Shown: in pieces, positions 44,702 through 53,096 of the stretch
How positions within the stretch are numbered: the stretch's first letter is position 1
Layout: each line of letters begins with the position of its first letter
NCBI GenBank assembly: GCA_905215135.1
Contig: CAJMOX010000009.1
Location: forward strand, 16,768-80,767
Length of the DNA: 64,000 bases
Origin: an uncultured bacterium
Lineage (GTDB): Bacteria > Actinomycetota > Coriobacteriia > Coriobacteriales > Coriobacteriaceae
Direction: 5' to 3'
Translations under genes and position numbers: made by a program
Notes under the pieces: generated by a model
Told to the model about the DNA's origin: nothing
The model's input: only the letters and a program-made list of their open reading frames with translations
The model's database searches: none

Positions 44702-45850
44702 ATGAAAGGCATCAATCGTCTGGCCTCCTTTATCAAGGCCGACCACCGTTATGTGTACCTGGGCACGAGCGTTATCGCGGCGCTCGGCTTGGCATTTAGC
44801 CAGCGCAACCCCACGCTGCTGAGCTTTTTGGCGCCCACCGGCATCTTCCAGGATTGCCTTTGGGCGATTCTTTGGGCCTGGATCGTCGTGTCGGCGGCAG
44901 CGCTCGTCACCAAGGTTATGCACTGGAGCGACTATCGCGAAAAGTCACCGTTTGCATCCGAGCGTTTCCGTCGCGGCGCGCGCCTGGGCAGCTATGTCGT
45001 GGTCGTCATCGCGGCGATCTTCTTTGTCGACCGCTGCGTCATGTCGTTTATCGATCTGGTGCAGGTGAGCATTGTCTCGGATTCCAACCCCAGCGACTTT
45101 TTGTCGAGCTTGGTCTACATGACCTACAAGAGCGGCGACTTCTTCATCCGTGGCATCGAGATCACCATCGCGCTTGCCACCTTCGGCACCGTCATCGCAT
45201 TCTTCCTGGCGCTGCTCTTTGTGTTCCTGCGTATTCAGACCTTCGACCGCGTAGACAACGACCTGGTGCGCTTCTTTAAGAGCATCGGCCGCGGCTTTGC
45301 GACCGTCTACTCCACCATCGTGCGCGGCACGCCCATGATGGTCCAGGGCCTGCTCATCTATTACGCGGGCTTCACCGTTTTGCGCGGCATGGGCTTCGAG
45401 ACTGCCCAGGCCAACCAGATTTGGAGTACCTTCACCGCCGGCCTCGTCACCATCTCGCTCAACTCCACCGCCTACATGATGGAGGTCCTGCGCGGCGGCA
45501 TCGAGTCCATCGATCCCGGCCAGGCCGAGGCAGCGCGCTCGCTGGGGCTTTCGCAGTGGCAGGCTATGCGCAAGGTCGTGTTCCCCCAGGGCATTAAAAA
45601 CGCGATTCCGGCGCTCACCAACGAGCTCATCATTAACATCAAGGATTCGTCGGTGCTCTCGGTCATCGGCGTGTTCGACCTCATGTATGCCACCACCACC
45701 GTCGCCGGCGTGTACTACCGCCAGATGGAGGTCTACTGCGTGGCGCTCGTGGTCTACCTGATCCTGACGCTCGTGGCGAGCCGCCTGCTCGAGGCCTTTG
45801 GCAAAAAGCTCGGCGCCGAGGCTCCTGCCACGCTGCCCAGCTCTAACTAG
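44702..45850 (+). CDS. Polar amino acid ABC permease (HisM family) with N-terminal extension
   Basis: [34 protein letters not shown]. Confidence 0.92.
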   Translation: MKGINRLASFIKADHRYVYLGTSVIAALGLAFSQRNPTLLSFLAPTGIFQDCLWAILWAWIVVSAAALVTKVMHWSDYREKSPFASERFRRGARLGSYVVVVIAAIFFVDRCVMSFIDLVQVSIVSDSNPSDFLSSLVYMTYKSGDFFIRGIEITIALATFGTVIAFFLALLFVFLRIQTFDRVDNDLVRFFKSIGRGFATVYSTIVRGTPMMVQGLLIYYAGFTVLRGMGFETAQANQIWSTFTAGLVTISLNSTAYMMEVLRGGIESIDPGQAEAARSLGLSQWQAMRKVVFPQGIKNAIPALTNELIINIKDSSVLSVIGVFDLMYATTTVAGVYYRQMEVYCVALVVYLILTLVASRLLEAFGKKLGAEAPATLPSSN

Positions 45851-45872
45851 GCTTAAGACGAGGAGAATCATC

Positions 45873-46658
45873 ATGGCAGATACCGCCACTACCGGCACCG
45901 CGGCCGCCGCACAAACTAAAGAGTCACTCATCCGCGTCGAGGGCCTGCGCAAGAGCTTCGGCTCGCTCGAGGTGCTCAAGGGTATCGACTTGTCCGTCAA
46001 TCCCGGCGAGGTCGTCACCATCATCGGTGCTTCGGGTTCGGGCAAATCGACCTTTCTGCGCTGCCTCAACCTGCTCGAGACCCCGGACGCGGGCCACATC
46101 TGGTTCCACGGCCAGGACCTTACGGCCGAGCGCTGCAATATCAATAAACTCCGCGAGGACATCGGCATGGTGTTCCAGGGCTTTAACCTGTTCAACAACA
46201 TGGATGTGCTCGACAACTGCACGCTCGCGCCCGTCACGCTCAAAAAGATGAACAAGGCCGAGGCCGAGAAGGTCGCGATGGAGCATCTGGCGAGCGTGGG
46301 ACTCGAAAAGTTCGCGCACGCCGCCGTGGGTCGCCTGTCCGGTGGCCAAAAGCAGCGCGTGGCCATCGCTCGCGCCCTGTGCATGAGTCCGCAGATCATG
46401 CTGTTCGACGAGCCGACTTCGGCACTCGACCCCGAGATCGTGGGCGAGGTGCTCGAGGTCATGCGCAAGCTCGCGGCCGACGGCATGACCATGGTTGTCG
46501 TCACGCACGAGATGGCCTTTGCCCGCACGGTGTCCGACCGCGTGGTCTTTATGGACAAGGGCGTGGTGCTCGAGGACGCCGCGCCGGCCGAGCTCTTTGG
46601 CAACCCCAAACATCAGCGCACTCGCGAGTTCCTCTCTCGCTATCTCGAGGACAAATAA
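45873..46658 (+). CDS. Polar amino acid ABC ATPase (GlnQ family)
   Basis: [35 protein letters not shown]. Confidence 0.95.
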   Translation: MADTATTGTAAAAQTKESLIRVEGLRKSFGSLEVLKGIDLSVNPGEVVTIIGASGSGKSTFLRCLNLLETPDAGHIWFHGQDLTAERCNINKLREDIGMVFQGFNLFNNMDVLDNCTLAPVTLKKMNKAEAEKVAMEHLASVGLEKFAHAAVGRLSGGQKQRVAIARALCMSPQIMLFDEPTSALDPEIVGEVLEVMRKLAADGMTMVVVTHEMAFARTVSDRVVFMDKGVVLEDAAPAELFGNPKHQRTREFLSRYLEDK

Positions 46659-46729
46659 CCGGCGCAAACGCCTGCGTTGCAGGGCCGCTCCCGTGGGGCG
46701 GCCTTTGTCGTCACAATCGAAAGGATGTC

Positions 46730-48157
46730 ATGGCCGAGGTTTGGCGCTTCTTTGCGCATGAGGACGATTTTGCCGATATGGACGAGGCCGGCGCGTGCGA
46801 GCGCTTGGGCCGCGTGCTGTCGTTTCCGACCATCTCGAGCATGGATGCCGAGGCGGTGGACTGGCAGCCCTTCGACGACCTGCGCGCCTATATGCAGCAG
46901 GCCTGGCCGCGCGTGTTTGCGGCGGGCGAGGTCGAGCTTATCGACCACTCGCTGTTGGTGACGCTTGGCGGTTCCGACTCCGCCCTCAAACCCGTCATGC
47001 TCATGGGCCACATGGACGTGGTCCCCGTGGTGCCGGGTACCGAGGCCGACTGGACGCACGCCCCCTTTAGCGGACAGGTGGACGACACCTACATTTGGGG
47101 TCGCGGCGCTATCGACATGAAGGATCAGGTCGCAGGCATTCTCGAGGCGGTTGAGTATGCGTTGGCGCACGGCTGGGAGCACAAGCGTTCGCTGTTGCTC
47201 GCCTTTGGCCAGGACGAGGAAACCACGCAGTACGGCGCTGGAGCTATCGGCCGCGTGCTCGAGGAGCGCGGTGTTGAACTTGAATATCTGATCGACGAGG
47301 GTGACTACCGTATTGTTTCGGCTGCCGAGTACAACGCGGGCGAGGGTTGGCTCATGCACGCCGACCTGGCTGAGAAGGGTTATGCCGACATTGTGCTCAA
47401 GACAAAGAGCGCGGGTGGGCATTCTTCCAACCCCTACGGCGGCACGTCGCTCGAGGTGTTGAGCCGTGCCATCACCGCAATCTGCGATATCGAGTGGCCG
47501 ACGCGCGTCACGGACCTGCTTGCCGCACAGCTCGTCGAGCTGGAGCTCTACACGGCCGACGAGATTGCTTCCAACAAGGACGCCATCGTGCGCGAGTGCC
47601 TCGCCAGCAAGAAGCTCTATCCGCTCGTGACCACCACCTGTGCACCGACCCAAATCGAGGGCGGTAGCACCGGTGCTAACGTGATGCCGCAGGATATGTG
47701 GGCCAATATCAATTTCCGCATGCTCGAGGGCACGAGTGTGGCCGATGTCGTGGCCTGCTGCCGCGTCGCCGTTGCCGAGGCGGGGCTCGCCGACCGTGTC
47801 GAGATCGAGCTCGGTCCTGGCAGCTCCGAACCCTCGCCGTCTCCGCGCATCGGCGGACCGGGACTCGAGACCGTCCGCGCCATCGCCGCCCGCTATTTCC
47901 GTGATCCAGAGGGGACGGAGGAAAACGGATCATCAGCGGCGGGCGGAGCTCCTATCGGTATCGTTCCCTCGACCGTGATTGGCGCGACCGACGCTGCTAA
48001 CTACCAACGCATTTGCCCTGAGTGCATTCGCTTCTCGGCCTTTGTGGTCGACGATGACGAGTGCGACCGCGGCGTCCATGGCACTAACGAGCGCATCACC
48101 CGCCGCGCCTACCTCCAGGGCGTACGCTTCCTCATCGCCCTACTCCACACGCTCTAG
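46730..48157 (+). CDS. M20 family metallopeptidase/amidohydrolase (carboxypeptidase S-like)
   Basis: GHMDVVP, GRGAIDMK, DEE, DEG, GGHSSNP, GATD, HGTNE. Confidence 0.9.
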   Translation: MAEVWRFFAHEDDFADMDEAGACERLGRVLSFPTISSMDAEAVDWQPFDDLRAYMQQAWPRVFAAGEVELIDHSLLVTLGGSDSALKPVMLMGHMDVVPVVPGTEADWTHAPFSGQVDDTYIWGRGAIDMKDQVAGILEAVEYALAHGWEHKRSLLLAFGQDEETTQYGAGAIGRVLEERGVELEYLIDEGDYRIVSAAEYNAGEGWLMHADLAEKGYADIVLKTKSAGGHSSNPYGGTSLEVLSRAITAICDIEWPTRVTDLLAAQLVELELYTADEIASNKDAIVRECLASKKLYPLVTTTCAPTQIEGGSTGANVMPQDMWANINFRMLEGTSVADVVACCRVAVAEAGLADRVEIELGPGSSEPSPSPRIGGPGLETVRAIAARYFRDPEGTEENGSSAAGGAPIGIVPSTVIGATDAANYQRICPECIRFSAFVVDDDECDRGVHGTNERITRRAYLQGVRFLIALLHTL

Positions 48158-48240
48158 AATCTGACAAAGCGACAGCCCCTTTGTTAGCCGTTGGGGGCGC
48201 TCTTAAACGACTAGTCGTTAAGGAACGTACCCAACGGCTA
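48157..48240. repeat. Cluster of REP-like palindromes
   Basis: gaatctgacaaagcgacagcccctttgttag, then tagccgttgggggcgctcttaaacgactagtcgttaaggaacgtacccaacggcta (inverted pair related to the units at 49695 and 49823). Confidence 0.65.
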
Positions 48241-48448
48241 CGTCCACTCATTCCGTGCGGGTTATATGCAGGTTTGCCTGCGCACGCTATCATGTATGGG
48301 TTAGATCGCAACTATGTACCCCACACGCGAAGGGATGCGCATGTATCTGAAGATCGACATGCTCTAGCTGGGCTTACCCCCGCAGCGGCGCCATGCGCCC
48401 CATCGATTCTGCCGATTTTCACCTTCACGCATATAAAGGAGTCCCGCC

Positions 48449-49516
48449 ATGCGCGACAAGCTCGAAAAGATCATCAAGGCCTACGAGGAGCTCGAGAAGA
48501 AGCTTTCCGACCCGGCCGTCGCCTCCGACATCAAGGAGTTCACGCGTCTCAACAAGGAGTACGCGCACCAGTCCGACCTCATTGCCGCCTCGCGCGAGTA
48601 CATCGGCGCGCTCGATGACATCGAGGCTGCCAAGGAAATGCTCCACGATACGACCGATGCCGATGAGAAAGAGATGCTCCAGATGGACATCTCCGAAAAC
48701 GAGGCCAAGCTTCCCCAGCTCGAGGAAGACATTAAGTACATGCTCATCCCGAGCGACCCCAACGACGACAAGAACACCATCGTCGAGATTCGCTCCGCCG
48801 CCGGTGGCGACGAGGCGGCCATCTTCGCCGGCGACCTGTACAAGATGTACCAGCGCTTCTGCGAGTCGCGTGGCTGGAAGACCACCGTGCTCGATTCCAG
48901 CCCCAGCGAGGCCGGCGGCTTTAAGTCCATCGAGTTCAAGGTCGAGGGCGACCGCGTCTACTCCGTCATGAAGTTCGAGTCCGGCGTGCACCGCGTCCAG
49001 CGCGTTCCCAAGACCGAGTCCCAGGGCCGTATCCAGACCTCCACGGCAACCGTCGCCGTGCTTCCCGAGGCCGAGGAGATTGACGTCCAGATCAACCAGT
49101 CTGACCTGCGCATCGACACCTACTGCGCCTCCGGCCCTGGCGGTCAGTGCGTTAACACTACCTACTCCGCCGTGCGCATCACCCACCTGCCCACCAACAC
49201 CGTGGTGCAGTCGCAGGAGCAGCGTTCCCAGATCCAGAACCGCGAGGTCTGCATGCAGATGCTGCGTGCCCGTCTGTACGAGATGGAGCTCGAGAAGCAG
49301 CAGGCAGAGCTCGGTGCCGAGCGCCAGAGCCAGATCGGCCACGGCAACCGTTCCGAGAAGATCCGTACCTACAACCAGCCCCAGGACCGCGTGACCGATC
49401 ACCGCATCGGTTTCAACTCCACCTACAACGGCGTCCTTCTGGGCGATCAGCTCGGCACCGTCATCGAGGCGCTCGCCGCCGCCGAGCGTGCCGAGAAGCT
49501 GGCACAGGCTGTTTAG
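48449..49516 (+). CDS. prfA: Peptide chain release factor 1
   Basis: GGDEAA, ESGVHRVQRVPKT (PxT), GGQ, RSEKIRTYN. Confidence 0.97.
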   Translation: MRDKLEKIIKAYEELEKKLSDPAVASDIKEFTRLNKEYAHQSDLIAASREYIGALDDIEAAKEMLHDTTDADEKEMLQMDISENEAKLPQLEEDIKYMLIPSDPNDDKNTIVEIRSAAGGDEAAIFAGDLYKMYQRFCESRGWKTTVLDSSPSEAGGFKSIEFKVEGDRVYSVMKFESGVHRVQRVPKTESQGRIQTSTATVAVLPEAEEIDVQINQSDLRIDTYCASGPGGQCVNTTYSAVRITHLPTNTVVQSQEQRSQIQNREVCMQMLRARLYEMELEKQQAELGAERQSQIGHGNRSEKIRTYNQPQDRVTDHRIGFNSTYNGVLLGDQLGTVIEALAAAERAEKLAQAV

Positions 49517-49519
49517 TAG

Positions 49520-49664
49520 GTTACGCGGTTTTACCAAACCGCGTAACGACTCGACGCTGCAAACGCCCCTAAGCGGCAATCTGACGTTCAATCGTCGGTC
49601 GCGTACCGAAGTACGCTTCCCTCCTCTTTCACGTCACCTTGCTCGCTTAGGGGCGTTTTCGCTG
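49520..49664. repeat. Structured 145-bp dispersed element, copy B
   Basis: Collinear with 37980-38124; begins 3 nt after the prfA stop. Confidence 0.9.
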
Positions 49665-49694
49665 ACTTATGCTTAACCTGCGGCGCCTTAGAGG

Positions 49695-49852
49695 TGGTCA
49701 TTGGGGACGTACTTAAATGGCTAGTCAACTTGTTCGTTCCGGAGGTCGCTCGCTGTCCGTCCTCTACCTGCGGCGTTGCCTTGCTCCGGATGCGGTATGC
49801 TCAACCTGCGGGGTTTCCAAGGTAGTCATTGGGGACGTTCTTAAATGACTAG
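49695..49852. repeat. Two direct REP-like units (TRGTCATTGGGGACGTWCTTAAATGRCTAG)
   Basis: Copies at about 49695-49724 and 49823-49852, each preceded by aacctgcgg. Confidence 0.75.
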
Positions 49853-50242
49853 GTTGGGTAAATTGCTTTTCAAATTTATTTAATTTGGTTTGTTAGAAAT
49901 TAAGCTATTTACCTGCTTAAAGCAATTAACGGTATGCATCTGCAATTGAAAATATTGCTCGAAAATACGTCCAAGAAGTCGCGGGGCCCTTTTTTGTGCG
50001 TCGCGTGTCAAGCGATGTGGCAAGTTCTTGGTTAGATATTGGTCAGTTTTGGGGCAACCTTGCCAAAAGCTTGACGAATGCAAATTTAGACGTCAGCGAA
50101 TGAACACTTTGAGCGAGCTCGGTGCAAAATTCTGGGCTGATTCTCGATAATCGCCTTCAATCGTCCCTTGCCAAGCGCTGGCCTCGCTTACAATCTGCTC
50201 CGACATTCGCGCGCCGCCCGGCGCTTAAGAGGGGAGGGCCCC

Positions 50243-51493
50243 ATGGCAAACGAGATCTGGACCATCAAGCGTTGTCTCGAGTGGACCAAGGAGTACCTGG
50301 CCGAGCGCGGCGAGGAGCATCCCCGTCTTTCCGCCGAGTGGCTGCTGTGCGCCGCCACGGGCCTGGCGCGCATTGACCTATATATGCGTATGGACGAGAC
50401 GCTTAACGCGGCCCAGCTCGAGACCATGCATGCGGCCGTCGTTCGTCGCGCCAAAGGCGAGCCGCTGCAGTACATCACCGGCAGCACGCAGTTTCGCATG
50501 ATTGACGTCGCGTGCGCTCCCGGTGTGCTCATTCCGCGCCCCGAAACCGAGATGCTCGTCGAGGAAGTCCTCAATTATCTGGATGCCGAGGTGCTGAGCC
50601 CCGAGGCCGCTGCCCGTCAGTGTGTTGAGCTGCCTTGGAACGATGAGGTCGAGCAGGCCCGCAAAGCTGAGGCGGCGCTGGCCGACGAACGCGCGACCGC
50701 CGAGCGCCGTGCTGCCAACCTGACGGCCGCCGATGAGGCTGCGCTGGGTAGCGACGTGCTCGGTAGCCGCGCCTATGCCGAGGAGCTTGCCGATCGCGAG
50801 GCCGAGGAAGCCGCCGCGCAAGCAGCAGAAGCCGAAGCCGCAAAAGCCGCCGAGCCCGAGCTCGACGAATACGACATCGCCATCGAGGGCGCCGACCAGG
50901 AGACGGTTTCAGCTCAGGATGCCGCTGTGCCTGCCCCAGCCGAGCCCCGCACTGCCCGCGTTCTCGAGGTCGGCTGCGGCACGGGCTGTATCTCGCTCTC
51001 GATCGCCTGGGAGCGTCGCGGCCACGTCACCTGCACTGCTACCGATATCGAGCCGCGCGCCATCGACCTTGCTACCAAAAACCGCGATGCGCTTGGTCTC
51101 GCGTCCGACGAGGTCGCCTTCAGCCTCACGAACCTGGTGAGCTCCATTCCCCGTGAAGAGTGGGGCACCTTTGACGTACTCGTCTCCAACCCGCCCTACA
51201 TCCCCACCGATGTCATGCGCTCGCTGCCGCACGAGGTCAAGGACTTTGAGCCCGATCTGGCGCTCGAGGGTGGCGCCGACGGCCTCGATATCTTCCGCCG
51301 CCTGCTCAACGCGGCGCCCTACATGTTGCGCGCTGGCGGCCTCTTTGCCTGCGAGCTCTACGAGGGCGCGCTCGACGCTGCGGCCGAGCTCTGCCGCCAA
51401 GCGGGTCTGTCGGACGTGCGCATCGTCCACGACCTCACCGATCGCCCCCGCATCGTCCGAGCCATCGTCACCGAGCCCAAACAGCGCCAGTAA
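50243..51493 (+). CDS. prmC: Release factor glutamine methyltransferase PrmC/HemK with large internal insertion
   Basis: RRAKGEPLQYITG, VLIPRPETE, LEVGCGTG, VSNPPYI, ALEGGADGL. Confidence 0.93.
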   Translation: MANEIWTIKRCLEWTKEYLAERGEEHPRLSAEWLLCAATGLARIDLYMRMDETLNAAQLETMHAAVVRRAKGEPLQYITGSTQFRMIDVACAPGVLIPRPETEMLVEEVLNYLDAEVLSPEAAARQCVELPWNDEVEQARKAEAALADERATAERRAANLTAADEAALGSDVLGSRAYAEELADREAEEAAAQAAEAEAAKAAEPELDEYDIAIEGADQETVSAQDAAVPAPAEPRTARVLEVGCGTGCISLSIAWERRGHVTCTATDIEPRAIDLATKNRDALGLASDEVAFSLTNLVSSIPREEWGTFDVLVSNPPYIPTDVMRSLPHEVKDFEPDLALEGGADGLDIFRRLLNAAPYMLRAGGLFACELYEGALDAAAELCRQAGLSDVRIVHDLTDRPRIVRAIVTEPKQRQ

Positions 51494-51507
51494 TATTTAT
51501 TAACTGG

Positions 51508-51537
51508 TTAGCAAAAATTATAAATTAGTTTATAATT
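51508..51537 (+). promoter_or_regulatory. hicAB promoter with palindromic operator
   Basis: TTAGCA-17 bp-TATAAT (51531); palindrome aattataaa-ttag-tttataatt (51516-51537) overlaps the -10. Confidence 0.7.
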
Positions 51538-51561
51538 AGGACGGCTGAAAGAGGTCGGCCC

Positions 51562-51747
51562 ATGCAACCTCCTACCTTTCGGGAAATCATTGCCCTACTC
51601 AAGCACGATGGATTCGTGAAGGTCGCGCAAGTCGGTAGTCATGCTAAGTATGTTTCTGGTGACCGTGTTGTCACCGTGAACGGCTCTGGTGGTGATCGAC
51701 CAAAGAAGGGCACGTGGGCAAGTATTCGTCGCCAAGCTGGATGGTAG
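51562..51747 (+). CDS. hicA: HicA family toxin
   Basis: 61 aa basic protein, REIIALLKHDGF, GSH, KGTWASIRRQAG. Confidence 0.85.
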   Translation: MQPPTFREIIALLKHDGFVKVAQVGSHAKYVSGDRVVTVNGSGGDRPKKGTWASIRRQAGW

Positions 51748-51758
51748 TTGGAGGCAAA

Positions 51759-52205
51759 ATGAGGCAGCGATTTACCTATGACTGCGTTCTCATAAAAGAA
51801 GACGACGGTTACTGCGCCAGCTTCCCGCAGATTCCCGGCGCCTTTGCCGATGGCGATACGCGCGAAGACGCGATTGCCCATGCCACCGAGGCACTGATGG
51901 CGTTTTTGGCCGACGACCTCAACAACGGTTTGACTCCGGCGGGGTACGAACGCTCGGCCGAGGTCGTGGCCCTTTCAGTCGAAATCGACCACGAGGACGC
52001 TCGGGAAGCGGCGTGCCGAACATTTAAAGACGCAGCGCTGGACCTCAAAGTCTCCGCTCCGCGGATTACCGCGCTGGTCAAAGCCGGAAAGCTCGATGTT
52101 GAACTCGTCGACGGCCGTCGGATGATAACGATAGACAGCATCGAGCGCTACGCCGCCCAAGAACGCCACGCCGGCAGGCCAAAGAAGTTCGTCGCAGTCC
52201 AATAA
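51759..52205 (+). CDS. hicB: HicB family antitoxin with C-terminal HTH
   Basis: EDDGYCASFPQIPGAFADGDTREDAI..A.EAL; GGAGG RBS; directly downstream of hicA. Confidence 0.87.
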   Translation: MRQRFTYDCVLIKEDDGYCASFPQIPGAFADGDTREDAIAHATEALMAFLADDLNNGLTPAGYERSAEVVALSVEIDHEDAREAACRTFKDAALDLKVSAPRITALVKAGKLDVELVDGRRMITIDSIERYAAQERHAGRPKKFVAVQ

Positions 52206-52339
52206 CCCCCTCACTTTCACCGACTACTAGAGCCGCTCACCAAACCAACATGCGCTCTGGGCAAATAGGTTGAACGTTTCGTGCGAGAATGCCCCACAGT
52301 AAACAAACTTGCACCAGAGCGTAAGGGGCTGGCATACAC

Positions 52340-53083
52340 ATGCAGACGGTCTATCGGGTATACGAGGGAACGCGCGAGCCGCATCGGCTTGCCGTCGAGC
52401 GCACGGCCGAGGTGCTCGGCCGCGGCGGCCTGGCTTTGATCCCGACCGAGACCGTCTACGGTGTCGCCGTGGCAGTCAACGCCTTCTCGGACGCCGTGCC
52501 CCAAGATACAAGCGGATTCCCATCGTGGCCGCGCGATCCGCAGGCTGCCGTCAATGGCGCCGCAGTTCCTGCGCTCGGCACCGGCTATCGCCGTATCTTC
52601 ACTCTCAAGCAACGTGAACTCACGCAAACCGTCGCTTGGCTGGTCGATGGCGTCGAAGCACTCGACCGCTATGGCGTGGATATCCCGGAAGAGGCCCGCG
52701 TGCTTGCCCGACGATGCTGGCCGGGCGCCCTGACTATCGTGGTCAAGGCGGCCCCCTGCGTGCCGACCTTTATGCGCGCCGCCGACGACACGGTGGCACT
52801 TCGCGCTTCGGCCTCGCCCGTGGTGCAGGCGCTCATCCGCGCCTGCGGCAGCCCTCTTGCCTGCACCAGCGCTAACACGCATGGCGCGCCCTCGCCGGCA
52901 AGCTTTGCCGCCGTCGAGGGTCGCATCCTGGAGGGGGTCGATGTTGCCGTCGACGCCGGTGAGACCCCGTGTCGCGACGCCTCGACCATCGTGTCGTTTC
53001 AGCACGGCGAGCTCCAGATCCTGCGCCAAGGCGCACTTCCCGCATCAGAGATCGAACGGGTCCTGTCCGACCCGATGCAATAG
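52340..53083 (+). CDS. tsaC: L-threonylcarbamoyladenylate synthase (YrdC/TsaC)
   Basis: PTETVYG, KQR, WPGALT, TSAN, STIV, ILRQG. Confidence 0.9.
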   Translation: MQTVYRVYEGTREPHRLAVERTAEVLGRGGLALIPTETVYGVAVAVNAFSDAVPQDTSGFPSWPRDPQAAVNGAAVPALGTGYRRIFTLKQRELTQTVAWLVDGVEALDRYGVDIPEEARVLARRCWPGALTIVVKAAPCVPTFMRAADDTVALRASASPVVQALIRACGSPLACTSANTHGAPSPASFAAVEGRILEGVDVAVDAGETPCRDASTIVSFQHGELQILRQGALPASEIERVLSDPMQ

Positions 53084-53096
53084 AAAGGTTTAAGCG

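Noticed and set aside
48449..49516. Programmed frameshift as in prfB
   Set aside because: The ORF is continuous and has the RF1 PxT motif.
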